A stretch of DNA of 64,000 nucleotides from an uncultured Gammaproteobacteria bacterium (GCA_964409875.1 CAYPEN010000005.1:11569-75568), one strand, 5' to 3'; positions 1-9,182 are shown, counted from the stretch's first letter. Notes: generated by a model from the letters alone, not told the origin. Numbers and translations: made by a program.

Positions 1-268
1 CATCTCCTATGAGGAGCTACTTCGGAAGGTTCAGCTCATGGGGCAGACGGTATTCAAAGATGCACTGAAGGCCGATCCTCATTTCTGGCGAGCTTGCATG
101 GACGAGTGGGGACAAGGACCTGGCTATAAAACACGAGTGGCTGGTCGAAACCAGCTTTGGTTTGAAAGTGAGTCTCGACGAAAGCTGGAGGCAGGTCTGA
201 AAGCGTTGGTATCGCGGGAATGGACCCGCGCACTGCAGAGCGTGACCGCTTTGTTGGATGCAGCCTGA
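1..268 (+). CDS. 3' end of a protein of unknown function (gene starts upstream of the window)
   Basis: Frame is open from base 2 (ISYEELLRKVQLMGQ...EWGQGPGYKTRV...LLDAA*); no family recognised with confidence. Confidence 0.55.
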   Translation, partial: ISYEELLRKVQLMGQTVFKDALKADPHFWRACMDEWGQGPGYKTRVAGRNQLWFESESRRKLEAGLKALVSREWTRALQSVTALLDAA

Positions 269-401
269 TGACAATGCCACCGATCCATCGTCATGCGATT
301 GGCCGCATCTCGCCACATGTCTTGCACCGGGTTGAAGTACGTCGCCACAAGACAAGTGGCGATGAGCGTCATTGCTGCTGGCCTAGCGACCTGGGAGTGA
401 A

Positions 402-1379
402 TTGATGGCTTATAACAGACCTTGGAAATCGTTTCCTGATCAGCTGGAGCTGCTCAAATCTCGCGGCATGGTTGTAACTGATGACGCTGCGGCCCAAAGC
501 TATTTGGAGCGTGTCGGCTACTACCGCCTGAGCGCCTATTGGTATCCCTTTCGTGTGTTCAATATTCAGCAGGATCCGAAAACGCGGCAGCTGATTACTG
601 TGCGAACCGATCAGTTCGTGCCAGATACCCAATTTCTCGATGCCGTTGAGCTGTACCTGTTCGATAAGCAGCTGAGGCTGCTTGCGTCAGATGCACTGGA
701 GCGGATTGAAATCGCATTACGGGTAGATATCGCTTATTTGCTCGGTGCAATCGATACCTTCGCGCACCTGCATCAGAAATATTTGCATCCTGGCTTTTCC
801 GGAAAGATCGACAAGAGGTCGGGCAAAACAGCCTTCACGTTATGGCAGGACAAGTATCGCGATTTGCACTTGAGGTCGAAAGAGGATTTTGTAGAGCATT
901 ATCGGGCGAAACACGGCCCGCATCTTCCCATCTGGGTCGCCGTGGAAATTATGGATTTTGGCGCTCTGTCAAAATTGCTGTCGATGATGAAGGTACCCGA
1001 TCAGCAAAAGATTTCATCGAAATACGGGGTAGCCAACTGGCAGGTATTTCCATCCTGGCTACGGGCGATCAACTACCTACGGAATTTGGTGGCTCATCAC
1101 AGCCGTCTTTGGAATCGAAATGTTATCGATCAGCCCAAGCTACCGAAGGTAGGGGAGATTCCTTGGTGCGATGCGTTTATCGGTAAACCCGATTTGATAG
1201 CTAAGCCATTCCTTCTTTTAGCCATCACTAATCATCTGATGGCGACAATTTGTCCGAACTCGCGTTGGCCTGATCGCGTCGAAGAACTTTTGAATAAATT
1301 TCCCCAACAGGCATCCAGCCGCAAGTTGTCCATTTTCGATATGGGGGCCCCGAAAGGGTGGGAGACCTGGTGGCGCTGA
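402..1379 (+). CDS. Abi family (AbiD/AbiF-like, Abi_2) HEPN RNase, abortive infection/toxin protein
   Basis: N-terminal QLELLKSRGM...YYRLSAYW, LYLFDKQLR...ERIEIALR, PIWVAVEIMDFG and HEPN RxxxxH motif RNLVAHHSRLWNR. Confidence 0.9.
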   Translation: MMAYNRPWKSFPDQLELLKSRGMVVTDDAAAQSYLERVGYYRLSAYWYPFRVFNIQQDPKTRQLITVRTDQFVPDTQFLDAVELYLFDKQLRLLASDALERIEIALRVDIAYLLGAIDTFAHLHQKYLHPGFSGKIDKRSGKTAFTLWQDKYRDLHLRSKEDFVEHYRAKHGPHLPIWVAVEIMDFGALSKLLSMMKVPDQQKISSKYGVANWQVFPSWLRAINYLRNLVAHHSRLWNRNVIDQPKLPKVGEIPWCDAFIGKPDLIAKPFLLLAITNHLMATICPNSRWPDRVEELLNKFPQQASSRKLSIFDMGAPKGWETWWR

Positions 1380-1384
1380 TGCCA

Positions 1385-1440
1385 CAAAATAATAACCCCC
1401 GCGTAAATCCCAATGGGACCAAGAGGCGGGGGCCGTGTTA
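1385..1440 (-). ncRNA. Candidate Abi-associated small RNA (abiF/RbiF-like antitoxin)
   Basis: Stem CCCCCGC (1396-1402)/GCGGGGG (1426-1432) enclosing TCCC-AAT-GGGA; T-rich tail on the minus strand; own promoter immediately upstream. Confidence 0.55.
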
Positions 1441-1446
1441 AGGGGA

Positions 1447-1474
1447 ATTATAGAGATGTAGGTTCCTACGTCAA
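1447..1474 (-). promoter_or_regulatory. Sigma70-type promoter facing the Abi 3' end
   Basis: Minus strand TTGACG-N16-TATAAT; the palindrome GTAGG-AA-CCTAC overlaps the spacer. Confidence 0.7.
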
Positions 1475-1650
1475 GCTGAGAGGCAGCAATCCGGCTTCAT
1501 TATCGACGTGAAATAATCAATTGATCAACCGCGTCCGCGGGATCTTGTGCTTTCAGCACATCGGAGGGCAGGGAGTAGCGAGTGAACTGTTAAATACCTG
1601 TACCCGTCTACGAAGTCCGCTGTCCGCACAATCCATAGTCCCTATAAACG

Positions 1651-1679
1651 AAAAACCCCGACCGAGGCCGGGGTTCTTC
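1651..1679. terminator. Probable intrinsic terminator
   Basis: AAAAACCCCG-accgaggc-CGGGGTTCTT GC stem with A/T flanks. Confidence 0.6.
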
Positions 1680-1908
1680 ACCCTAACAGCCAGCGAACTT
1701 AATCGCTGCGTACAGGGCTGAGTTGTGCGATTAGTGTTGCGCAACATTGCGCGAAACGCAAGCCGTTTGCCATCGCCGCCCGACAGGATTCACTTAGGTA
1801 ACCATAAGCTGGCGTGTCCCCCGCCACTAGAAATCTGCACTGTTTACCTTGTAACCGTCTGAAAAAAAGTGGATTATTTCTGTAAATAGTGTCACGTAAC
1901 ACACAATT

Positions 1909-2487
1909 ATGCGCAAATCAGGCTCCCTCAAACACTTTCTGCCGGACCTCAGCGAGAGGGAAGCGGATGCCATTCGAATCACAGCCAACCCGGCGGACCT
2001 GGTCGAGCTGGTCGGAAGCCTTCGCAGCAAGGGCGTGCCCACCGAAAAGCTGGCGCGCGCCCGCAGCTGCAAGCCGTACGAAATCCGGCATCTGATGCGC
2101 CTGCAAGCCCGTTTGTCAGATCCATGCAAGGAATTCCTGCGGAAAGGCCGCATCTCCCTCGGCCACGCCCGCGCCTTGGCATCCCTGCCCAAAACCGAGC
2201 AAGTCGGGCTGGCCTATGAGTGCATCGACGCCCAATGGTCGGTACGCGCGCTGGAAAGCCGCATACGAGGCGATCAGCACGACGATCACCCCACCGCCAA
2301 ACCCACTGAATGGGCTGCGCATTACGAACGCATTGCTCAGGTTGCAGGTGACCAGCTCGGGTATCCCTGCCGCTTTCAGCTCGACAAGGGCAACGAGCGC
2401 GCGGGGGAGCTATCGCTGCGTTTCACCAGCCTTGCCGAGCTGGATGGCATTTTGCGACGCCTGCGCATTCGCCTCGACGACGATTAG
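1909..2487 (+). CDS. ParB/Spo0J-like protein lacking the N-terminal CTPase domain
   Basis: HTH region, ISLGHARAL, WSVRALE and C-terminal GELSLRFTSLAELDGIL typical of ParB; no GxRR motif. Confidence 0.75.
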   Translation: MRKSGSLKHFLPDLSEREADAIRITANPADLVELVGSLRSKGVPTEKLARARSCKPYEIRHLMRLQARLSDPCKEFLRKGRISLGHARALASLPKTEQVGLAYECIDAQWSVRALESRIRGDQHDDHPTAKPTEWAAHYERIAQVAGDQLGYPCRFQLDKGNERAGELSLRFTSLAELDGILRRLRIRLDDD

Positions 2488-3530
2488 CGCTCCGGCCCCT
2501 TGTCCTTGCCGCGTTGCGTGGAAGGCAACCGTTCCGCCAGCTGGTCGCGCAACTGCTCGGCGATTTCCTCCCTTTGGGTCTTAACCGGCGGCATCTTCGC
2601 AACGAAATCGCGAATCCGCGCTGAAAGCTGCTTATCCGCCGCCCCAGGCGAGCTCTCCAGCGACTTTGCGGCCTCCAGCCATGTCGCACGCACCATTTTT
2701 TGCTGCGTGCGTATAGCAGCCTCCCAGGGTCGCTCGGCGGGCATAGTCTTACCCATTACTTCGGCCGCGACTTCCTTGACCGTCGATTCTGCGCGCAGCG
2801 TGCGCGGATTGCGTTTTTCCGCGTGATGAAGCGGTTGTTTGGTGGCTTTCTTAATGACGCCGCGTGCGCGCCGCGGGGTCGATTCGCAGTCAATGCCTTG
2901 TTCGCGCAACCGCTCCGCGAAAACATCGCGCCAACGCTGCAAATCCGCCTTACGTGGATTCAGACGCCGGCCGTCAAAACCAAAGGATTTCACGACCACG
3001 TGAACGTGCGGATTCGGGGAAGGCTTATCGCTCGGATCGGTCTCGAAGGTGTGTAACACCATCACGTATTCGTGGTTCTCGGCGAACTCCGATTTGGCCA
3101 GCTGCCGCGCTGCCTGTAAAACCGATTGTGGATCGGTGGAAGCGGGCATGGATAAAACGATGTTCACGGTGTCGCGGGTGCTTTGCTTCCGCTTGCCTAA
3201 CTCTGCATTCCAATCGTTTGCAAAGGCGGCGATCGCTTCCTTTCCGCTAATCGCCTCGCCCCGATCATTCTCGGCGAGCAGCTCGCCGTCGCGGGATATG
3301 TACTGCATCAGCCGTCGTAAATGCTTGGCGCCGCGGGCGTGGCCCGTGACCTTCACCAGAACTTCGGGCGCCCCGGCCACAATCCGCTGCACCTGGCTCT
3401 TGCGGGGCACAATCCGAATATCCTTGAGCCTGCTCTTTTTCGGTTTGCTCGGTGCCCGAAACAGCGGCTCGAAGCCTTTCTCGAAATCAAATAGCCCCGC
3501 CATGGGAAGCGCTCCTTCGATTAACTCCAT
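2484..3530 (-). CDS. MOBP (VirD2-like) relaxase
   Basis: EVLVKVTG...YISRDG (catalytic Tyr), NIVLSMP, H...PHVHVVV HUH motif; charged tail KDKGPER. Confidence 0.9.
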   Translation of the reverse strand: MELIEGALPMAGLFDFEKGFEPLFRAPSKPKKSRLKDIRIVPRKSQVQRIVAGAPEVLVKVTGHARGAKHLRRLMQYISRDGELLAENDRGEAISGKEAIAAFANDWNAELGKRKQSTRDTVNIVLSMPASTDPQSVLQAARQLAKSEFAENHEYVMVLHTFETDPSDKPSPNPHVHVVVKSFGFDGRRLNPRKADLQRWRDVFAERLREQGIDCESTPRRARGVIKKATKQPLHHAEKRNPRTLRAESTVKEVAAEVMGKTMPAERPWEAAIRTQQKMVRATWLEAAKSLESSPGAADKQLSARIRDFVAKMPPVKTQREEIAEQLRDQLAERLPSTQRGKDKGPER

Positions 3531-4060
3531 TTGGTGACGCTGCTGGCAAGCAGCGCCGAGACCTTTTCCGTGTGTTCCTTGATGTCAGCGGCAAGCCTGA
3601 CCACGTGCTCACGCTTTAACTTCTCGGCCTCTCGCCATTCGATATTGGTGAGCCGGGCTATTTGGTTCAGGTTTCGGCCGATGGCCTGAAGTTGGCGCGT
3701 GCTTTCGCGAAGGGCGGCAATTTCCTCGCGGTTCAGTGTCTGCCCGGATTTCAGCCGCCCGCGGATCAATCGTGTTACCCAGGTCGCGGGCTTCATGCCC
3801 TCCTCGTTCGCCATCGCTTTGAGCAGCGCAAACTCTTGCGGCTTCAGCCGCGCAGTCACCTTTTCAGTGGCGGTATCGGTGGGTTCGATCGCGGTGGTCT
3901 CAGCATCTACGCCGATCGTTTCGCCGTTGGATTTCAATAGCTGCTGCAACACCAGGTTGAGCAATCCGGATTGCTTGCGGCCCAGTTTGACCGCGAGTCG
4001 CCCGAGTTTTGTTTTCGTCTCTTCGTCTGTCCAGAAAGTGATTGTTGCCATGTTGAACAC
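3521..4060 (-). CDS. mobC: Relaxosome accessory protein MobC (start may be 4051)
   Basis: RHH-like regions and LQAIGRNLNQIAR motif; overlaps the relaxase start. Confidence 0.88.
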   Translation of the reverse strand: MFNMATITFWTDEETKTKLGRLAVKLGRKQSGLLNLVLQQLLKSNGETIGVDAETTAIEPTDTATEKVTARLKPQEFALLKAMANEEGMKPATWVTRLIRGRLKSGQTLNREEIAALRESTRQLQAIGRNLNQIARLTNIEWREAEKLKREHVVRLAADIKEHTEKVSALLASSVTKWS

Positions 4061-4064
4061 GGGC

Positions 4065-4142
4065 TTCGAGGAGGAGAAACCACCCTAACCTGTTAGGTTG
4101 CTGGCGGCAAGCCTATCCTGCCATTGTTTTCTACTCCTCGAA
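4065..4142 (+). other. oriT with IncP-type nic site (TATCCTG^C, nick at 4120/4121)
   Basis: CCTATCCTGCC at 4112-4122, preceded by IRs AACCT-gtt-AGGTT and TTGC-tggcg-GCAA; enclosed by imperfect IR TTCGAGGAGGAGAAAC/GTTTTCTACTCCTCGAA; upstream of mobC. Confidence 0.85.
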
Positions 4143-4377
4143 CTTGTTCATCATGTTGAACTTTCTGCTAGTTAGGTGGGTGGGTGTCTGGAGGGAAGTC
4201 GAAGCGTGCAAAGCGCTCCGGCCGCGAACAAATCCGCTCGGCTTCCTTGCCTCGCTTGTGCCAATTCATGTCGAGCAACGTGGCCGGCCCGGCGAAGCAA
4301 AAGGCGTCCAGCCTTCTGCTTCGCCGGGCTCACCGCTTCAGTGCAATCGTCGTCCACTCTTCAGGCTGATCTCGCAG

Positions 4378-4397
4378 AAGTTCAACATGTTGAACTT
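4378..4397. promoter_or_regulatory. 20-bp perfect palindrome, candidate KorB/ParB site (related copies at 4146-4163 and 4044-4058)
   Basis: AAGTTCAACATGTTGAACTT directly after the parB stop; GTTCATCATGTTGAACTT next to oriT. Confidence 0.65.
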
Positions 4398-5405
4398 TTA
4401 CCCCTCACCTTCCACGATCGCCTGAATGGCCACGGCCAGCAACGGCACTTCCAACGTCTCGCCGCTCGATAGCACTCGGATCCACCCTCGCCCGTATCGC
4501 GCCCGCCTTTGCAGCTCCAAATACGCGAGCTGGCCTTCGTAGGTCACTTCCAAGAGTGGTCTTCTAAGTTGGTCATCGGTTGTGCCAGCTGCCACAGTCG
4601 GAGTCACCGCGCTGCTGCCGTCAGCATTCCTGAGGGTTTCATCCAGAAGCGCAGTTTTTTGCTTCGCTGCGCCTTCCTCACCGGCAGCAATTGGCCCCTT
4701 CTGCCGTGGCAAAAGCTCCCTTTCTTGACCGACTTTTTCTTCCAGCGCGGCAACATCACGGCGAGCAATTGGCGCACCACGCTTACACAAGTTCTCAACC
4801 TCAACCGGCGCCTTCTTACTCAGCTGAATCAGGCTGTAAAGCGTCGCTACCTCGGTACACAGACCTGCCGCATAGACCTCCGCTATGTAGTCAGGCCATG
4901 ACAGCAGCGCACCGTGCATGGAAATGTAAGATTTCGATTTCCCCAATCGCTCGGCAATGAATTTGTCCTTGTCGCCGGCGCCCCTTCGCTTCTCAATGAA
5001 GCGGGCAATTTCCAAGGCGGTGAGATTGTTCCGCTGGATGTTCTCGACAACTTGCGCGAAATCGTCATGGCTGTCGTCGATAAACCCCGGAATCGTTGCC
5101 TTTCCGGCAAGAATACTGGCCCGGTAGCGCCGCGCACCGTGGTTGATCGTGTACTTCCCGCGCGCGTTCTTCGGTTTCACGGAAATGGGCACGCGCACTT
5201 TGTCGGCCTTGATCGACTCGGCTAACTCCCGCAAGGCATCTTCATCGAACGTCTGGCGCGGCTGATCAGGATCCTCCTCGATCGCGCCGAGACTGAACTC
5301 CATAGGTGCCCCAGTGGCCGCCGGAACTACCTGGGGTGCCCCAGCTTTCAGCAAATCTGAAAAGCCACTTTCCAAGGCAGATAAATCAAGCTCTGATCCG
5401 TTCAC
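4398..5405 (-). CDS. parB: ParB/KorB-like partition protein
   Basis: DPDQPRQTF, INHGARRYRA, QVVENIQRNNLT, HTH IAERLGKSKSYIS. Confidence 0.9.
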   Translation of the reverse strand: MNGSELDLSALESGFSDLLKAGAPQVVPAATGAPMEFSLGAIEEDPDQPRQTFDEDALRELAESIKADKVRVPISVKPKNARGKYTINHGARRYRASILAGKATIPGFIDDSHDDFAQVVENIQRNNLTALEIARFIEKRRGAGDKDKFIAERLGKSKSYISMHGALLSWPDYIAEVYAAGLCTEVATLYSLIQLSKKAPVEVENLCKRGAPIARRDVAALEEKVGQERELLPRQKGPIAAGEEGAAKQKTALLDETLRNADGSSAVTPTVAAGTTDDQLRRPLLEVTYEGQLAYLELQRRARYGRGWIRVLSSGETLEVPLLAVAIQAIVEGEG

Positions 5406-6157
5406 GCTGCTTCTCCCATCCGTTGAAAAATCAGATCAATGGCCGCCTTAAACTCGGTGCCAGCCTCTCTCGCTGCCGTCTTTTTCAACTTCCACACGGG
5501 TATTCCAGCGGCCAGGGCTTCGGGGATACCCGAACGTATCCCAATCTTCGCCGGAATCATGTACTGCGCAAATTGCTTCAGTAATTGGGCGAGCGCAGCC
5601 TTTTGTCGCACGCTGTTAGGGTTGAATTTGTTCGGCAACATGCCCAGGAAATTGAGGTTTGCGTTGTATTTCTGCTTCACGCCAATAATGGTTTTCAGCA
5701 GCTTCTCAATGCCGTCGAGACTGTATTCCTCAAGCTCAATCGGTGCCAGAACGTGATCAGTCACGATGAACGCCGCGGTCATTCGCAGGCCCATTGTGGG
5801 CGGTGTATCGATAATGCAGATATCGAAGGCAGCTTTGTCCAGGTTCTGTAACTGACCGGCGAAAACCCCAATCACCCTGTTTTCCGCACGCTCGATATCG
5901 ACCATCTTTGCATCTGCCGCGATCAGCGTAATTCCGTCTTTGCCGCCCAGAATCACAGGCGCTGCCTCGAAGAGCTGGCTGGCAACGATCCCGCTGGAAT
6001 GCACCCCGAGAGTTTTGCTGCTGTTCCCCTGCGGGTCGATATCGATGTACAGGACGCGCTTGCCCGTTTCGACAAAACGGTAAGCCAGATGCACCCCGAT
6101 GGTGGTCTTCCCTACCCCGCCTTTTTGGTTCGCTATCACTAGCTTTTTCATGGCCAA
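5402..6157 (-). CDS. parA: ParA/IncC-like partition ATPase
   Basis: NQKGGVGKTT, IDIDPQGNSS, IIDTPP. Confidence 0.92.
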   Translation of the reverse strand: MAMKKLVIANQKGGVGKTTIGVHLAYRFVETGKRVLYIDIDPQGNSSKTLGVHSSGIVASQLFEAAPVILGGKDGITLIAADAKMVDIERAENRVIGVFAGQLQNLDKAAFDICIIDTPPTMGLRMTAAFIVTDHVLAPIELEEYSLDGIEKLLKTIIGVKQKYNANLNFLGMLPNKFNPNSVRQKAALAQLLKQFAQYMIPAKIGIRSGIPEALAAGIPVWKLKKTAAREAGTEFKAAIDLIFQRMGEAA

Positions 6158-6189
6158 CGCCCCTGTTGTGGTGCCAACTCCGGTGGTAA

Positions 6190-6711
6190 TCCCTAATTTC
6201 TAAGCTATTTGATTTGCTAGTCAGATGTAGCTGCTGCCATTAACAAGTTAACAATTCTGTTAGTGGTATTAAGTTATCTAGAGTTAGGAAGTTAAACCGT
6301 TACGGGTTCGCAAGTCCTTGAATTGATGGCTCCGATTGACCCACTTGGTGGGTAAAAGCACGAGGATCGGTGGGCAATCCGCCGATAGCGGGTGGCCAAA
6401 CGACCGAAACTGCGTGGGTGAAACCACGTTAGCCTGGTGGGCAATAACACGTGGCGAACGTGTTTAAAAACACGGCGTAATTCATGCACTTATCCACAAC
6501 GTTCCGAGCTTTCCTCCACAGCCAGCAATGGCGTGGGCAATAGCACGAAGTGACGGCCACGATCATGCGTGGCTCAGACAGATCAAAATTCAGTGTTTTT
6601 AACCCTCCGAAGAGCAGATTCCGACCGCAGAATCCTATCGACATCGGGAACACGGGCGTGAGCAGAGTCAACGAGTGGGTAAAACCACGAAATAGCGTGG
6701 GCAAAAACACG
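6190..6711. other. Probable oriV: AT-rich tract, iterons and DnaA box
   Basis: AT-rich 6190-6300; perfect DnaA box TTATCCACA at 6490-6498; iterons; directly downstream of repA. Confidence 0.8.
6348..6711 (+). repeat. Iterons, 15-bp core approx. GTGGGYAAWANCACG
   Basis: Copies at 6348, 6370, 6392, 6414, 6437, (6460), 6533, 6675, 6697, with 22-23 bp periodicity within clusters. Confidence 0.85.
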
Positions 6712-6717
6712 ATATTT

Positions 6718-7608
6718 CTAGACCATAATTTTAAGCAGATATTCTTTGAGTTTTCCGTCGGGATCGTACTCGACCACGAGTTTCTCGGGGATACCCGATT
6801 TACCCTTGGGCTGGTAATCCAACGCGTATTCGGGCACTGGCTGGGTGGCAGCCATTTTCTTCAGCGTGCGCCGGAACTCGCGCAGCTCGCCGCGAGTGCC
6901 GAACTTGTCGTACAGCTTCTCAACGCTGATCTCCCAGATGGGCTGTCGACCACAGTGCTTGCGGCAGATTTCATACATGCGCCGCTCATTGGGTGAGCTC
7001 AGCTGAAAGTAATCGCGGGAATAGGTCAGTAGCCGCCGGTCGGAGATGGCGTTGTAGAGCCGCTCAGCAATGGTGACTTCGATGCTGGTCATACGACCGT
7101 TGGCCATATTGACCTCGGCATCGTCGATCAGTCCGAACACCACGCCGCGCTGATTCAGCTCGCCGTTGGCGCTCACATTGCTTTTGAACGTGGTGCCGCG
7201 CAGCCGCGCCAGGGTGTCGTGGATGCGCCGGTACTCGCGGCCCGATGTATCGCGGCCGGTGGCCGTCATGTAGTCGTAAGCGTTCAGCCGCACCCGCCGC
7301 CCCGTCTTGCGGCCACGGTTCATCGCTTCGGCCAGCTGTGAAATGCAGTAGATCAGCAAGTCTTTATCAAAGATGGTCGCCCGCCCGGCTGAGGATGGCA
7401 GGATTTCTATCCAGGCCCCGCTGACCGGGTTCTCGTAGCGAAAGGTCTCGGTGTCCGGATGCTTGGACAGAGCGAAGATGGGATATTCCATCGAGGTGAG
7501 GTCAGACTTCGGTGAAACGTCGATCAGCTCGGCGACGAACAGATCCAGCTGATCGGGAGCGCTGATAGCCGCCTCCCCTACCGTCTCCAGCAATTTTCCT
7601 TTTGCCAT
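6718..7608 (-). CDS. repA: Plasmid replication initiator protein A (RPA family)
   Basis: SMEYPIFALSK, GRATIFDKDLLIYCISQL, ERRMYEICRKHCG. Confidence 0.9.
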   Translation of the reverse strand: MAKGKLLETVGEAAISAPDQLDLFVAELIDVSPKSDLTSMEYPIFALSKHPDTETFRYENPVSGAWIEILPSSAGRATIFDKDLLIYCISQLAEAMNRGRKTGRRVRLNAYDYMTATGRDTSGREYRRIHDTLARLRGTTFKSNVSANGELNQRGVVFGLIDDAEVNMANGRMTSIEVTIAERLYNAISDRRLLTYSRDYFQLSSPNERRMYEICRKHCGRQPIWEISVEKLYDKFGTRGELREFRRTLKKMAATQPVPEYALDYQPKGKSGIPEKLVVEYDPDGKLKEYLLKIMV

Positions 7609-8016
7609 CTAGGTGCTCCCGGTGTCCCCCAGGGGGACAGGTCTGATGAATTGCCGCCCGGCCGCTGCCAGTACGGCCTGGGTGATCGCTGTGCGCACGA
7701 TCGAACTGCGATCGATGATGCGCTCCGCCGACGTTAGCTGCTCGGCCAGCGCATTGATCTGAGCGACCAGCTGCGAGTCCATCGCCAACGGCAACGTGAC
7801 GGTCTTGCCGTCATAGAACTCTTCGCGCACCAAGTCTTCGCAGTCCGGATGGGCAAGCAGTGCTTCGCACGCATTGGCTATCCAGTTGCTGCGGCGCTTC
7901 AGTGACCATTCCTGCGCCACCATCGCCTGCTCCAGTGCGTCTTTCATACCGGCGGGCAGCCGAATGCTGGACCGAACCAGCGTTGCTCTCGGTGGCGGCG
8001 TGAACTTCTTAACCAT
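7609..8016 (-). CDS. Putative tandem ribbon-helix-helix DNA-binding protein
   Basis: Two RHH-like units (SSIRLP...RSNWIANAC; LPLAMD...RSSIVRTAI); lies in the parAB-repA operon. Confidence 0.6.
   Translation of the reverse strand: MVKKFTPPPRATLVRSSIRLPAGMKDALEQAMVAQEWSLKRRSNWIANACEALLAHPDCEDLVREEFYDGKTVTLPLAMDSQLVAQINALAEQLTSAERIIDRSSIVRTAITQAVLAAAGRQFIRPVPLGDTGST
7623..7639. promoter_or_regulatory. Candidate parS site, copy 1
   Basis: TGTCCCCC-A-GGGGGACA palindrome. Confidence 0.7.
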
Positions 8017-9067
8017 CGACCTTCAACTCATCGATACGCGCCAGCAATACCTCGAAAGCGCGGTTCAGATCTTTCTGCCGGCTCAGGTCGAGCCCATCGA
8101 GCTCGGCGGTCAGGGCTTCGTCGTCTAGCTTCTCGGCGGCGGCCTTGATCAAGTAGGAAACCGCCCGGTAGTCCTTGGCCCGACCGACCCGCAGTGACGA
8201 CCCGGCACCCTGCGCGCTCTTGCTGACAGGTTTTTGCGGACCCAGCAGCTCTTTGATTTCGGCCACAGACAGCACCGCGATTTGGGCGGCGCGCTTGATA
8301 TTAGTTACCTGCCCCGCTTCAATCGCTTCGATCAACAGCGGCGAGGGGCAACGAATCACCGCCAGGTAGCGTTGGGCCACCGAGCGCGGCAGGCCGGACA
8401 ACGTCGCGAACTGGTTGACGCTGATCGCCTGCACACCCTTCCCGCTCTTCCAGGCCTCCATCAGCTGCCGCAGGTTGTCGATCTTCTCGAACAGCGACAA
8501 GTCGTCGCGATGGATATTCTCTTCCCACTGCAGCAGGTATTTTTCCAGCGCTGACGGCGCGGCCTCGCGAATGCGTGCGTCGATCATTGGCTCGCCCAAC
8601 AGCAGGTGCGCGAGCAACCGCCGTTCGCCGGCAATCAGATTGAACTGGGAGTCGTTCTGCCAGACCACGATCGGATGCAGTAACCGGTCGGCGCTTTTCA
8701 GTGCGAAGGCAAAGGCCGCAATTGATTGCAGATCCCCTACTGCCTTCCCGGAGAGTCCGCCATCGGCCTCGATCTGCTCAAGGTATTCGTCAAGGTAGGC
8801 GTCGTCGTCGCGGTTGAGCCGCTCGCGATCGATGGGAAAGCGCTGCGCCAGCGCGCCGATGTCGTCGGCGCTAAGTGCGAGCTTGCGTGGATTCAGCGCG
8901 TCTTCACGGATGTATTTCACCGGAATCCGCTTGACGTTGAGCGCCACCACTCCGCCCGCGGCCTTGATCTGCTCGGCGGCGCTCGTGGTCCAGCGCAGAG
9001 AACTTGATGCCGACTCGTCCACAGTGCCGGTACCGGCGCGTTTGGCGCCAAATTTCTTCACAGCCAT
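8009..9067 (-). CDS. parB: Second ParB-like partition protein
   Basis: LNPRK, LLHPIVV, LIAGERRLLA, ENIHRDDLS, HTH. Confidence 0.88.
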   Translation of the reverse strand: MAVKKFGAKRAGTGTVDESASSSLRWTTSAAEQIKAAGGVVALNVKRIPVKYIREDALNPRKLALSADDIGALAQRFPIDRERLNRDDDAYLDEYLEQIEADGGLSGKAVGDLQSIAAFAFALKSADRLLHPIVVWQNDSQFNLIAGERRLLAHLLLGEPMIDARIREAAPSALEKYLLQWEENIHRDDLSLFEKIDNLRQLMEAWKSGKGVQAISVNQFATLSGLPRSVAQRYLAVIRCPSPLLIEAIEAGQVTNIKRAAQIAVLSVAEIKELLGPQKPVSKSAQGAGSSLRVGRAKDYRAVSYLIKAAAEKLDDEALTAELDGLDLSRQKDLNRAFEVLLARIDELKVDG

Positions 9068-9081
9068 TGGAATCCTCGCAG

Positions 9082-9102
9082 GGTGTCCCCCTGGGGGACA
9101 CC
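9082..9102. promoter_or_regulatory. Candidate parS site, copy 2
   Basis: GGTGTCCCCC-T-GGGGGACACC between parA and parB. Confidence 0.7.
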
Positions 9103-9182
9103 GGTTGAATCAGAGTCAGTTATGGGAGACACCAGTGCGATTGCGCGACTCCACGCAGAGAGCTCGAACGATCGTCGCTTAT

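Noticed and set aside
1-268. Assigning the partial first gene to a named defence system
   Set aside because: Too little sequence; only its proximity to Abi is suggestive
6348-6711. Regularly spaced repeats as a CRISPR array
   Set aside because: Units are 15 bp with 7-8 bp gaps, lie beside repA and a DnaA box, and there are no cas genes; these are iterons
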